From Candidatus Heimdallarchaeota archaeon (lineage in GTDB: Archaea; Asgardarchaeota; Heimdallarchaeia; Hodarchaeales; Hodarchaeaceae): DNA of 64,000 nt. The number at the start of each line of letters is the position of its first letter. Within the stretch, counting starts at the first letter, position 1. The stretch covers positions 96,001 through 160,000 of the forward strand of contig RDOB01000004.1 of the NCBI GenBank assembly GCA_011364965.1, given 5' to 3'. The translations under genes were made by a program, and so were the position numbers. Below, one piece after another: positions 54,448-64,000 of this stretch. The notes below the pieces were generated by a model, which saw nothing but the letters and a program-made list of their open reading frames with translations, was not told where the DNA came from and ran no database searches.

Positions 54448-55542
54448 TTAATCGATTCCAGTCATCTCGATTGCATTTTCTGCAGCTGATTTTGTCAAAC
54501 CTTCTGATAAGATAGTATACCGAGAAGGACGGATTTTTTGTGCCTCATTAAGAGCATTAAGCATTAAATCGCGATCAATCCCTAATTCTCCCAGTGTTAC
54601 GGGTGCATTTACCTCTTTTAGTAAATCTCGAGTTCTCTTCCAATCTTCGCCATGTAAATACATCATTAATATTGAAGCAAAGCCAGTTTGATGTCCGTGA
54701 GCAATATTTAAGTTTAAATTATTTATTTTTGTTAATTTGTCTAGTGCATGACTTACGAGATGTTCTGATCCACTTGCAGGACGTGATGATCCAGCAATAC
54801 ACATTGCAACTCCACTACTCCCTAATGCTTTTATCAATACTCTTGCGCCTTGTTCACTGAAGAAAAGCTTCTTTAAGGATCGAACTTCATCTTCAACCAT
54901 ATTAGCAGTCATTTCAGCAAAAGTTGCGGCATAGATATCAAATTTTGAACCTTTAAGTCTATGGGCGAGTCTCCAATCAAGTACTGCCACTCTTTTTGCT
55001 AGAATGTCTCCTACTCCTGCGCTTAATGATATTGGAGGAGCCTTACTTATTAAAGTAGTATCCCCTATAATCGCAAGGGGTGACGTAGGAGTATAAGCTT
55101 TACCTCCCTTTTTTTGGGATTGAGCGAGAAGTTGCTCTCGTAATGTAAAATTAATATATGGACTGGAGAAACCATCATGACTGGCATTTGTTGGTATAGC
55201 TATATAATCTGACTTAGAAAAACTTGATATAACCTTCACATAATCAATTATTGTTCCCCCTCCAACTGCCATTAAAGATGATTTTTCATCCTCAATCTCG
55301 ATTGCTTCATCAATTAGATATTCCAGATTAGTGGATTTCGGAAGTATTTCGTGAGTATAATCGATTGGGCTATCGATATTAGGTAAAATGGAATTAATAG
55401 TAATATTTTTTGTCAAGGAAGATCCACTATAAATCTTTAGCTTGTCAATTCCAATATCATTGCAAACACTTGAAATCCGTTCGATAGCATTTGGCCCAAA
55501 AGCAACTCTTCGCGGGACTGTGATTTCTTGTATAGAGGAGAC
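54448..55542 (-). CDS. egsA: sn-glycerol-1-phosphate dehydrogenase; start not canonical (see findings)
   Basis: GGGTIID, PTNASHDG, SSRPASGSEH, HG. The conserved N-terminus 'EITVPRRVAFGPNAIE' lies upstream of the ORF-track TTG (55416), in frame up to a TAG at 55557-55555. Confidence 0.88.
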   Translation of the reverse strand, partial: VSSIQEITVPRRVAFGPNAIERISSVCNDIGIDKLKIYSGSSLTKNITINSILPNIDSPIDYTHEILPKSTNLEYLIDEAIEIEDEKSSLMAVGGGTIIDYVKVISSFSKSDYIAIPTNASHDGFSSPYINFTLREQLLAQSQKKGGKAYTPTSPLAIIGDTTLISKAPPISLSAGVGDILAKRVAVLDWRLAHRLKGSKFDIYAATFAEMTANMVEDEVRSLKKLFFSEQGARVLIKALGSSGVAMCIAGSSRPASGSEHLVSHALDKLTKINNLNLNIAHGHQTGFASILMMYLHGEDWKRTRDLLKEVNAPVTLGELGIDRDLMLNALNEAQKIRPSRYTILSEGLTKSAAENAIEMTGID

Positions 55543-55717
55543 TGTTTTTTCCTCCTAAATAAGGGGATTTTTTGAAAAGGGACATTCAAAACGAAAATAC
55601 TCTGATTTTTAGGATTTATGGATTTACTTTTTTCGCTTCCAAAAATCCATTGTATTCCCTTTTTAATAAGTAGGTGAGAGAGATCAGATTAATTAATATT
55701 TCAGTTGTGAAATAATT

Positions 55718-56752
55718 TTATTGTTTCGAATCTATGAATGAGACCTTCTCCTTTCGATATCTTAATACTTCTGTACCTCCTAATCTTAAAGTGGAATATC
55801 CTCCAAAGATCATTAGAAGTATTGATTTTAAAATACGATCAATTAATGGCACAATTGTTGCATAAGCTTGCTGATAATTTGGAGATCTCGATAAAATTAG
55901 AGCTACAACGACTTCATATTCCCCCATTGCACCAGGAAGTATAGGAATGATGAATGTCAAGTTTCCTAAAGAAGAAGCCAAGAAAATCAATCCTAATTCG
56001 CTCAAACTGTAATTTAATACTGAGTTAGTGATGATATAGAGCATTATTCCCTCAAAACACCATATGCTTGTAGAGAGTAAGATAACAACTAATAGAACTA
56101 GAGGTTTTGTCCTAAAATCGTTTACTCCCTTTTGAAAAGCAGTAAAAATGGACAATAATGGTTTCGCAAGCGCTTGAGGGAAAAGATTAATAATGCGTTT
56201 CACATATTGCGGAAAAAATAAACTTAAAGATATAATGATTAATATGAAAAGGATTATAAGAAATCCGAGAATTATCAAGCTAGTTTCAATGGTAGAGGGG
56301 CTAGTACTAAGAAAAAAACCGCCAACTAATATTAAGCTACCTATTATGACTGTAATTAAACCAATCACACTCAAAATTTGCTCTAGTATTATTGTTGATA
56401 AAGTATCTGATAATTTAACATTATGACTTCGTTTCAAAGAATAAATTCGAATAGTTTCCCCTGCGCGAGCAATTGTAAAAATATTTATTGCTAATGCTGA
56501 AGTTAAGGGGATTAGCAATTGCGCTACAGGAATCTCAACTCCTTGGGATCGTAGAAGTAGCTTCCATCTTACTGCTCGTACTAATAAGTCAAGAAGATAA
56601 ATCATTACAAGAAGGAAGATACTAATGATTCCTAGATTGTAAATATTTGATATAATGTACTGCGGTTGAGCAAAAAGTATCAAAAAAATTAGTACTATTA
56701 TTGTTAAAGAATAAATAATATAGTTCTGCCATCGCTGATTAAGTATATTCAA
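55718..56752 (-). CDS. UPF0104/AglD2-like (lysylphosphatidylglycerol synthase TM / flippase-like) membrane protein
   Basis: 'RAVRWKLLL', 'ARAGETIR', 'PILPGAMGEYE', 'DR'. Confidence 0.85.
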   Translation of the reverse strand: MNILNQRWQNYIIYSLTIIVLIFLILFAQPQYIISNIYNLGIISIFLLVMIYLLDLLVRAVRWKLLLRSQGVEIPVAQLLIPLTSALAINIFTIARAGETIRIYSLKRSHNVKLSDTLSTIILEQILSVIGLITVIIGSLILVGGFFLSTSPSTIETSLIILGFLIILFILIIISLSLFFPQYVKRIINLFPQALAKPLLSIFTAFQKGVNDFRTKPLVLLVVILLSTSIWCFEGIMLYIITNSVLNYSLSELGLIFLASSLGNLTFIIPILPGAMGEYEVVVALILSRSPNYQQAYATIVPLIDRILKSILLMIFGGYSTLRLGGTEVLRYRKEKVSFIDSKQ

Positions 56753-56757
56753 TCAAA

Positions 56758-58680
56758 TCACATCTCATCTACTAAAGGAATACCTAGAATTTGTAATACA
56801 TTTTGCATTATAATATGGAAATCTTTTACTAATTTAATTCTAAATGATTTTAGAGGTTCAGATTCAGCATTAATCACTCTAGAGGTTTCATAGAAGCGAT
56901 TAAAAGAGCTAGATAATTCAAAAGCGTATTTTGTGACCTGAATGGGTTGAAACGAATCTGCAGCTGATTTAATCACTTCTGGAAGACGATATAAGTCAAG
57001 AATAAGCTGTTTCTCGTTTAGGGAAATATCGGAATCAACAATTGCAAGTTTTGATTGAAATTTCATCTGTTTTGATTTCTCAAGTATTTTTTTAGCTCGA
57101 ACGTATGAATAAAGAAGAAAAGGACCAGTATCACCTTCCAGAGATGTTGCATCTTCAATCCTAAATTTTATTTCAGTTTCTGTAGAGAATTTTGCCAACC
57201 AATACCTTAATGCAGCAATAGAAACATTTGTAGTGATTATTCTCTTGTTCTCGGGATGTTCATCAAGATCCGGCCTTTTAGAGGTAAGTACCTTCATTGC
57301 TTCGTCGAATGTATCTTCTAAGACAGCATCAGCCCAGGCTCTTTCCTCATACCAATTACCTGATCGACCTGAAAATCGTGCTTGGGGAGCATTCACATGT
57401 TTATATGAGAGGTGATATGAATTTCGATATTTATCTTCTAAATCAAGCAACTTAAGAGAATAACGGACAATTTCCTGTAAATATTCTTGTTCAACTCCTA
57501 TCACGTTGCAAACTCTGTCCGCATTACCAAACTTTCTCGTATAAGGAAAATCAATTTCATAATCAGTACTAGTCCATAATTCTTTTGTCTTTCCATGCTC
57601 ATTTTCCTGTTTTAAAAGACTTCTAATTCGTAATTTTGGTGTAACAAGCCCATATTTCCAAAGTTGTAATCCAACATCGTGTGCAACATACGTTGGGACA
57701 CCATTTGAGCGAATGAATATTTTTATGGGATTTTTCTTATCTTCAAACTCAGGAAGATGACCAAGATATGCAACAAAGCAACCCTCATTCTCCCCTTCCT
57801 TTTCCCAGTAAAAATATTCATTTCTTTCTAATAAAGATTGGGCCTCTTCCCAAATGCCTGATCTGGAGATATCAGATTCCCAAACTAAAAAATCATACGT
57901 GATCCCATGTTTCCATGCTGTTTCTAGATTAGAATCCACACATTCTTGGCATATACTTCGCATAAATCGATAGATGGCGGGATTATTACGCATATCGATC
58001 ATTACTTGATCGACTTCCTTCCATCTCTGGCTAGCTTCTAAAACAGAATTGCAATGTGAATATACCCTCCCTAGCCAGACGTCAAAATTCTCCTTGTAAT
58101 TCCGACTTATATCAAGGTGAACATTATTTAATAATCCCCAGATCAAGGTGGCCACTTGCCGACCATAATCATCTATTAAATTTTGAACCTCAACCTCCCA
58201 TCCGTTCCATTCATATAATCTACTCATAATGTCTCCTAAAATAGCATTTCTAAGGTTCCCGATATGTAAAGGTTTTACAGGATTTATTGAGGTATGCTCT
58301 ACTATAATTTTTTTGCCTCTTCCAGAGCTATTTCTTCCGAACTTGTGCTTCTCACGATCTATTCTCTTATCAAGTATATTAAAAAGATGACGAAAGTCAA
58401 AATAGAAGTTTATGTAACCCTTTACAGCTTCAGCATATCTGATTTCTTTTATTTTTTCTCTGATGGCATTTATTTCGGAGGAGAGTGTTTCAGCGATCTC
58501 AAATGGTGATTTTCTTAATGATTTAGCTAGTTTGAACGCGATATTTGACGATCTTTCGCCAAGTTCTAAGGTGGGAGGAATCTCAATAGACATCTTCAAC
58601 ATTCTTAGAAGTTCTTCATCCATCTCTGTTTGTTTTGAGATAGCTTGAGTTAATGCTTCAAATAAGAATTCATCTATCAT
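56758..58680 (-). CDS. argS: Arginine--tRNA ligase (archaeal type)
   Basis: 'VEHTSINPVKPLHIGNLRN', 'FSGRSG', 'GDTGPFLLYSYVR', DALR domain. ATG at 58680 preferred to TTG at 58761. Confidence 0.94.
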   Translation of the reverse strand: MIDEFLFEALTQAISKQTEMDEELLRMLKMSIEIPPTLELGERSSNIAFKLAKSLRKSPFEIAETLSSEINAIREKIKEIRYAEAVKGYINFYFDFRHLFNILDKRIDREKHKFGRNSSGRGKKIIVEHTSINPVKPLHIGNLRNAILGDIMSRLYEWNGWEVEVQNLIDDYGRQVATLIWGLLNNVHLDISRNYKENFDVWLGRVYSHCNSVLEASQRWKEVDQVMIDMRNNPAIYRFMRSICQECVDSNLETAWKHGITYDFLVWESDISRSGIWEEAQSLLERNEYFYWEKEGENEGCFVAYLGHLPEFEDKKNPIKIFIRSNGVPTYVAHDVGLQLWKYGLVTPKLRIRSLLKQENEHGKTKELWTSTDYEIDFPYTRKFGNADRVCNVIGVEQEYLQEIVRYSLKLLDLEDKYRNSYHLSYKHVNAPQARFSGRSGNWYEERAWADAVLEDTFDEAMKVLTSKRPDLDEHPENKRIITTNVSIAALRYWLAKFSTETEIKFRIEDATSLEGDTGPFLLYSYVRAKKILEKSKQMKFQSKLAIVDSDISLNEKQLILDLYRLPEVIKSAADSFQPIQVTKYAFELSSSFNRFYETSRVINAESEPLKSFRIKLVKDFHIIMQNVLQILGIPLVDEM

Positions 58681-58998
58681 TAATATGGTCCACCAGATGC
58701 TTATGTGTTTCTCTTCTACCTCAGATTCAATTTTTGGTAGAAATATAATTCTATCCTTCAACCTGATTATATTTTATTTAGTAGGAATTACTATTTGTCA
58801 AAAATTGGCTTTAGTTTATTAGTTATTTTAAAATATCACTAGGTATAATCCGCACTAATTTCTCTCGGGATTAGAATCTGTATTTCCTTGAGTTTGTGAA
58901 ATTTCAAAATTAATCATATCTTGCTATGTAAAGTATATAAATTCCTTGAGTAGCTGAATCGTTGGATTACTTTTTTGCCATTTTATTGACATTTTGAA

Positions 58999-60270
58999 TT
59001 GGAAGAAATATTTATGGTACCACCTTACTATGATAATTTAGCAGAATGGACTAACTTTGTACCCGAAAGTGAAATTCGTCGTTTATTATTGACGCAAGTT
59101 AAATATTATTTTGGTGGAGGTAAACCAGGAAGCCTGCCTATTGAAACCTTCAAAAAAATTATGTATCAACTTGCTGACGAACTTGATGAAGATGGTATTA
59201 ATATCTTGAACTATGGACCCACTAGCGGGATTTCTTCTCTGAAAAAGGTACTTTTTGACCGAATGAAAAGAGTAGATGGTATTAATATTCCTAATGGACT
59301 TGATGATATTTTAATATCAACAGGTTCTCAACAAATGCTTTATGGACTTCTCGATATATTACTCCGCCCTCATGATATTGTAATAATGGCTCGACCCTCA
59401 TATTTAGGTTTTGTAGTACCCGTTACCAAGCTAGGAGGTGATGTTCTTACTGTTCCATCCGATATGGATGGTTTAATTCCCGAACATGTTGAAAGTGCTG
59501 TCACTCTGAGTGAAAAAAAATTTAATCGTACTCCAAAAGCTATTTATGTAGTTCCAGATTCAGACAATCCCAAAGGAACGACTTTACCTGAAAAACGACG
59601 CAAACAATTATATGAAATTGCTGTTCAACACGAAATTTTACTAATTGAAGATGCAGCTTATCGTGAGATTCAATTTTCCAAAATTCCACCTCCCATTAAG
59701 CAGTACGATAAGGAGAACGAGTGGGTAGCGTATTTAAGAACGAGTAGTAAGGAAGCTGCTGTTCTAAGATTAGGATATTCAGTTCTTCCACCACAAATGA
59801 TGGATCCTATGATCAAAGATAAAGGGTACCTTGATCTTTGTACACCGACATTGAATCAAAAAATCCTAGAAATTTACTATTCAAGATTTATTGATGAGGT
59901 TTTAGGCTATAATCTGAAGGTTTATGAAGAAAGATGCGATATTATGAGGAAAGTTATAGATGAATATTTCCCGACAAACGGAATGCGAACCAATCCTACC
60001 GGGGGCTTTTTCTTTTGGTATCAGATGAAGAGTGAAGCGTTTGACTCAGCTAAATTCATGGAAGAAGTTGCTATTCCAAATGATGTGCTTTATGTTCCAG
60101 GACAAGCGTTTTATCCAATAAAAGGCTATTCAGTTAGTTCAGATGGATCAAAAATGCAGGGAAATAGAATAAAAACGAATGGAATGCGATTAAGCTTCTC
60201 ATTCACAACTCCAGATATCATAACTGAGGGTATGGAAAGATTAGGAAAGCTACTTCAGAAAACTGTGTGA
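58999..60270 (+). CDS. PLP-dependent class I/II aminotransferase (LysN/Aro8-like)
   Basis: 'FGGGKP', 'YGPTSG', 'GSQQ', 'DNPKG', 'IEDAAY', 'TSSK', 'RLSFS'. Confidence 0.9.
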   Translation: MEEIFMVPPYYDNLAEWTNFVPESEIRRLLLTQVKYYFGGGKPGSLPIETFKKIMYQLADELDEDGINILNYGPTSGISSLKKVLFDRMKRVDGINIPNGLDDILISTGSQQMLYGLLDILLRPHDIVIMARPSYLGFVVPVTKLGGDVLTVPSDMDGLIPEHVESAVTLSEKKFNRTPKAIYVVPDSDNPKGTTLPEKRRKQLYEIAVQHEILLIEDAAYREIQFSKIPPPIKQYDKENEWVAYLRTSSKEAAVLRLGYSVLPPQMMDPMIKDKGYLDLCTPTLNQKILEIYYSRFIDEVLGYNLKVYEERCDIMRKVIDEYFPTNGMRTNPTGGFFFWYQMKSEAFDSAKFMEEVAIPNDVLYVPGQAFYPIKGYSVSSDGSKMQGNRIKTNGMRLSFSFTTPDIITEGMERLGKLLQKTV

Positions 60271-60285
60271 AAAACTAAACTTGCC

Positions 60286-61962
60286 TTATGTAAACTTGCC
60301 AGGAGTAATATACCAAGTAAAGCCAGGATAAGCTTCTTGCTTTAACTGTCTTTGGAAAATATTGCTGATACCGTTTATTCCAGTAAATAACGCAAGATCT
60401 AGCCAATTCCAAGATACTTCTTGAGCTTTCTTCCTTGGAGCGAATCGTCCATAATTGTGAGAAAGCATTAACTCAAGATTTAAGATTTCTTTGCGTAATT
60501 TTCGATTTTGAGGCATAGATTTCAGTGTTTCTTGTTTTTCAGTTAAGAACGCTAGGATCTTCTTATGTTGGTTCTCTAGATTTATTCTCATGCTTTCTAG
60601 GGCAGATCTTACAATACTTGGCTCTGAAGCTTGATTATAATCTCTAAAAACATTGTACACTTCAGGAGTAAGCATTGGAGTGTTGATATCTGACGCGCTT
60701 TTCTCTCCCCAAGGGGTACTATAATAAAACCGATTAGATCTTAATAACACAGGGGGATTAATTCCAAGACGTCTCATAGTGGGAATAACAGCAGAATAAT
60801 AGCTTGTTTCTCCTGGTCCGCCCACATGAGCCAAGAGAGGGAATGAATAATTGTTTACTATTGCACGAGAATCCGAACGAGGTGTCAGAGAATGTTTTAC
60901 CTCACTCAAATCTGGTTTTTTTTCGTTATAAGAAAATGAGTAGTCCTCGGTGCATACCCTACATTTTCCAGAGAGTACGCCAGGAGATATAATATTCAAT
61001 TGGACTCTTGTTTTAGTAGGACATTTTAAGCACTCCAAGAAAAATGGAACATAACTATCTTCACGATGAGTTAAACCTGGGATAAGCTTCAGTGATGTGA
61101 TCCTTGTATGATAGGTATTTAGTGTTTCAATGTACAGTTCGCGGTTTTTTTCTGTAATTAAAAATTCAAATGCAGGTAAAACAATTTCTCTGTACTCTAA
61201 ATCACTGGAAGGAGTTAGAAACACACTTAGATTATTTCGGAGGTTAAATAATTGAGTCCAAATTAGTTGTGTCCAATATGAGAAATTATTTGACCGCAAT
61301 GCAGTTTCGTAAACCAAGTCATACCAGTTGAGAAATCTTTCGAGTAGTAATTGCCTTAAATCCAGACGTACCTTAGATTCCTTCATTAATGCACGAATAT
61401 TCTCCTGAATTTTGGCTTTGATGTCATGCAACCAATCTTCACTTGGTACTGGAACTTGATGCATTGGGGTACCTTCAGGAACATTCCAATCAGGATGAGA
61501 TACAGTCAATCCAGTTGGAGAATTGGCTTGAGGAAAACGCGTGATAGTCAGTTCGTTTTGTATTGAATCATGATCCCCGATATAGAAAAGCGTTCCAATA
61601 TTAAGTATTTTCCCAAGCCAATCTGAATATGCGACTTTACTGATTAGGAATAAAGACCCTCCAAGTAAGAGAGGTTGATGCCCAACATCAAGAAATCCAT
61701 GGTTTACCAGATCAAGGCTATTTTGCACGCTTCTAGTGAAAGTTCCGTATTTTCGATGATTTTTTTTGACAATTTTCCGGAATTTTTCTACATTATGATC
61801 GTAAGAAGCAAAATCTATCTGTTTTTGCCTTTGCTCCATTGTTTTTATGAGATTTTGAAAATTTGATGGTATATCTCCCCAGAAATCCATACTATATTCA
61901 GTTGGATTTCCTAGAGCTGCTCCCCGATAAATATCCAATAAAGAAGAGAACTGATTTTGCAA
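60286..61962 (-). CDS. bshC: BshC-like cysteine-adding enzyme (bacillithiol biosynthesis)
   Basis: 'GHQPLLLGG.LF..SK', 'GDHD', 'FPLLAHVGGPGETSYY', C-terminal coiled coil and 'QE'. Confidence 0.8.
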   Translation of the reverse strand: MQNQFSSLLDIYRGAALGNPTEYSMDFWGDIPSNFQNLIKTMEQRQKQIDFASYDHNVEKFRKIVKKNHRKYGTFTRSVQNSLDLVNHGFLDVGHQPLLLGGSLFLISKVAYSDWLGKILNIGTLFYIGDHDSIQNELTITRFPQANSPTGLTVSHPDWNVPEGTPMHQVPVPSEDWLHDIKAKIQENIRALMKESKVRLDLRQLLLERFLNWYDLVYETALRSNNFSYWTQLIWTQLFNLRNNLSVFLTPSSDLEYREIVLPAFEFLITEKNRELYIETLNTYHTRITSLKLIPGLTHREDSYVPFFLECLKCPTKTRVQLNIISPGVLSGKCRVCTEDYSFSYNEKKPDLSEVKHSLTPRSDSRAIVNNYSFPLLAHVGGPGETSYYSAVIPTMRRLGINPPVLLRSNRFYYSTPWGEKSASDINTPMLTPEVYNVFRDYNQASEPSIVRSALESMRINLENQHKKILAFLTEKQETLKSMPQNRKLRKEILNLELMLSHNYGRFAPRKKAQEVSWNWLDLALFTGINGISNIFQRQLKQEAYPGFTWYITPGKFT

Positions 61963-62251
61963 TTCAGCAGACCTCAGAAGTTTAACTCATATGAGAATTC
62001 AAAATGATATATTTTGTGCAAACTTCATAATGATTCTGCCTAAAATAATACACATACTTAACCACCATGGTTATTATTATACACTCACTGATTCCTAAAC
62101 GATTTCAAGAAAGAATGGGGTTTGAAAATTCTTTTATACTCTAAACCTAGAAATTAATTAAATAGTAAGTTATCCTAGGCTTCTACCCAGTAGAATTCTT
62201 TAGGACACAATTACTTGTTTATTAACCCAATTTATTTGGAGAGATTGTTAT

Positions 62252-64000
62252 TTGATTCGAATCGCACGGTTAGCAAAGAATAAAAAGCGAGCTATTTCTC
62301 CTGTCATTGCAGTAATTTTATTAATCGGATTAGCGGTTGCGGCGAGCGCGGCAATATTTCTTGTTGTCCTTCCCTTACTTCAACCCACAAGTAATCTTGA
62401 AATGAATGATGCATACATCATTTATGATACAGATTATACGGTTGCTGCTGATGAAGGAGAGGGCTATGGAAAAGGTACTGTAAGTTTATCTAATGCAGGA
62501 ACTGGCTCAATAAAGATAAAGGATATTCAAATTTATTATGCGACAAGTTTTGTAGTAGCAGATTGGACAGAAATTACCGAAGCGGTAAGTATTCAAGATA
62601 TTTCAGTGAATAATCCATATGTACTAGATCCACTAACTACCACCGAGGAATTGACAATTCGTTTTCCGCTCCCTGAAAGAAATGATAATAATACAGTAGC
62701 ATATAAAATCATTGTTACTCCCACTCAAGGTTCTAGTTTGGATACAACTAAAGTAACGAGCGTTTCTGAAACAGATATGGAATTATTGGCTGATCGACCC
62801 CAGATTTCTTTTACAGGATCATTAGGAACTATTCGTCGAACACGACAGATAGCTCCCACAAGTGTTACAGACAATTCACAGATCAAAAATGTAGTATATG
62901 AGGTTTATAACGCTGTTGAAACACTAGTTAGAACCAAAACGATTACTCAATCCCTTTGGCGTTGGCAATGGAATACATTCAATTTTTCTTCTGAAGGATT
63001 GGATAATGGATCATATACTATGAAAATAACAGTAAATGATTATGCAGGATTGTCAAACTTTGTTAACGTCCCACTATTTACAATTGATAATGATTACGAG
63101 GAACCTAAAATCACAAATGTACAAGGATTAAGTACTAAAAATGGAATTGGAATTGCAGAAGTAGGCGAGTTTTATGCGGTAAGTGCAACGATCACAGATT
63201 CAGGTTCAGCTGTTTCCAGTGTTTCTGAAGCCTATATCTACTATAAATTGGATGATGGAGGTACAACCTATTCCATTGCTTCTATGACTCAGGGTACTGG
63301 TGATACGTGGACTGGTAATATTCCTGGTGCATTTATTGGGACAGCCGCATTAGCAAATAATCTTACATTTTATCTCAAAGCCATAGATGATGATAGTAAC
63401 GAAAAAAGTACAGGTTCAAATTTTGCAGAGGTCAAGGATACAACTTCTCCAAATTTCATCACTCATATATTCCAAGGAGAAACTATTGAAAGCCAAACAA
63501 CCTTAGTAGGAGACGAAGGTACGACTTTGAGCCTTTCAGTCGAAGTATCTGATAAAGACAGTGTGAATCAAGTAAATTTGGTCTGGCGAGAGCGAAATGA
63601 TATCGGAATTCAATCGGTTGGACCTTGGATTGTATCAAATAATATCTCCGTGTCAGGTAATGTTTACAATTTTCGACTTCCTGCTCTCAATGTCACTCTA
63701 GATGGTCTAGAATATTATTTCAATGCATCTGATCCCTCCAATAATATTGCATATGAAGGTAATGGTGCCTCTCCTTACAGAATCAGAGTATATGATGAAG
63801 CAAGTCCAATTATCACTATTCAGAGTACCGTGCCAGCTACTATTACTGAAGGAACTGATCTAACAGTAAGTGCAAGTATTATTGATAATGATCCCTCCTT
63901 TAGCTGGACTGGATTTGAAACAGGAACTGTTCTTTTAGGAATTAAAAGACCTGGTGAATCCGTTTATACGAACTTCGATATGACTCATACGAGTGGAGAT
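62252..64000 (+). CDS. Archaeal type IV pilin-like N-terminus fused to tandem Ig-like repeats (3'-truncated, at least 583 aa; absent from the ORF track)
   Basis: TTG start after GGAG; class III signal peptide 'KNKKRA|ISPVIAVILLIGLAVAASAAIF'; frame open to the window end; about 100-aa beta-rich repeats. Confidence 0.85.
   Translation, partial: MIRIARLAKNKKRAISPVIAVILLIGLAVAASAAIFLVVLPLLQPTSNLEMNDAYIIYDTDYTVAADEGEGYGKGTVSLSNAGTGSIKIKDIQIYYATSFVVADWTEITEAVSIQDISVNNPYVLDPLTTTEELTIRFPLPERNDNNTVAYKIIVTPTQGSSLDTTKVTSVSETDMELLADRPQISFTGSLGTIRRTRQIAPTSVTDNSQIKNVVYEVYNAVETLVRTKTITQSLWRWQWNTFNFSSEGLDNGSYTMKITVNDYAGLSNFVNVPLFTIDNDYEEPKITNVQGLSTKNGIGIAEVGEFYAVSATITDSGSAVSSVSEAYIYYKLDDGGTTYSIASMTQGTGDTWTGNIPGAFIGTAALANNLTFYLKAIDDDSNEKSTGSNFAEVKDTTSPNFITHIFQGETIESQTTLVGDEGTTLSLSVEVSDKDSVNQVNLVWRERNDIGIQSVGPWIVSNNISVSGNVYNFRLPALNVTLDGLEYYFNASDPSNNIAYEGNGASPYRIRVYDEASPIITIQSTVPATITEGTDLTVSASIIDNDPSFSWTGFETGTVLLGIKRPGESVYTNFDMTHTSGD

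Noticed and set aside
1-64000. tRNA, rRNA, CRISPR array
   Set aside because: No GC-rich cloverleaf/T-loop context and no regularly spaced repeats were found in any intergenic region by eye. tRNAscan-SE or CRISPR finders would be decisive.

Overview
AT-rich, gene-dense archaeal chromosomal segment of about 50 CDS. It is most likely from an Asgard archaeon (Heimdallarchaeia/Hodarchaeales-like; inference). Archaeal markers (TFB, archaeosine TgtA, EgsA, ASH-Ski2/COG1202 helicase, RNase HII, archaeal ArgRS, CdrS-like RHH, class III signal-peptide pilin) co-occur with eukaryote-signature-type folds (arrestin-like protein, MglA/Ras-like GTPase, roadblock protein). Housekeeping content includes a Dpp/Opp ABC transporter, HutU, NrdJ, MgtA, a CPA1 antiporter, LipA, PMM/PGM and an aminotransferase. 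I saw no tRNA, rRNA, CRISPR, transposase or intein. The best candidates for undescribed biology are: (1) an operon coupling a membrane-inserted, degenerate ChlD-like AAA+/vWA protein to an arrestin-fold protein and two membrane proteins; (2) an RHH-fused NDP-sugar pyrophosphorylase with catalytic residues substituted, upstream of a cellulose-synthase-like GT2; (3) bacillithiol genes bshB1 and bshC in an archaeon; (4) egsA with no canonical in-frame start codon; (5) a large pilin-Ig-repeat adhesin missed by the ORF track; (6) several Zn-finger/coiled-coil/polyproline proteins and two structured intergenic elements. All calls come from motif reading; no searches were run.
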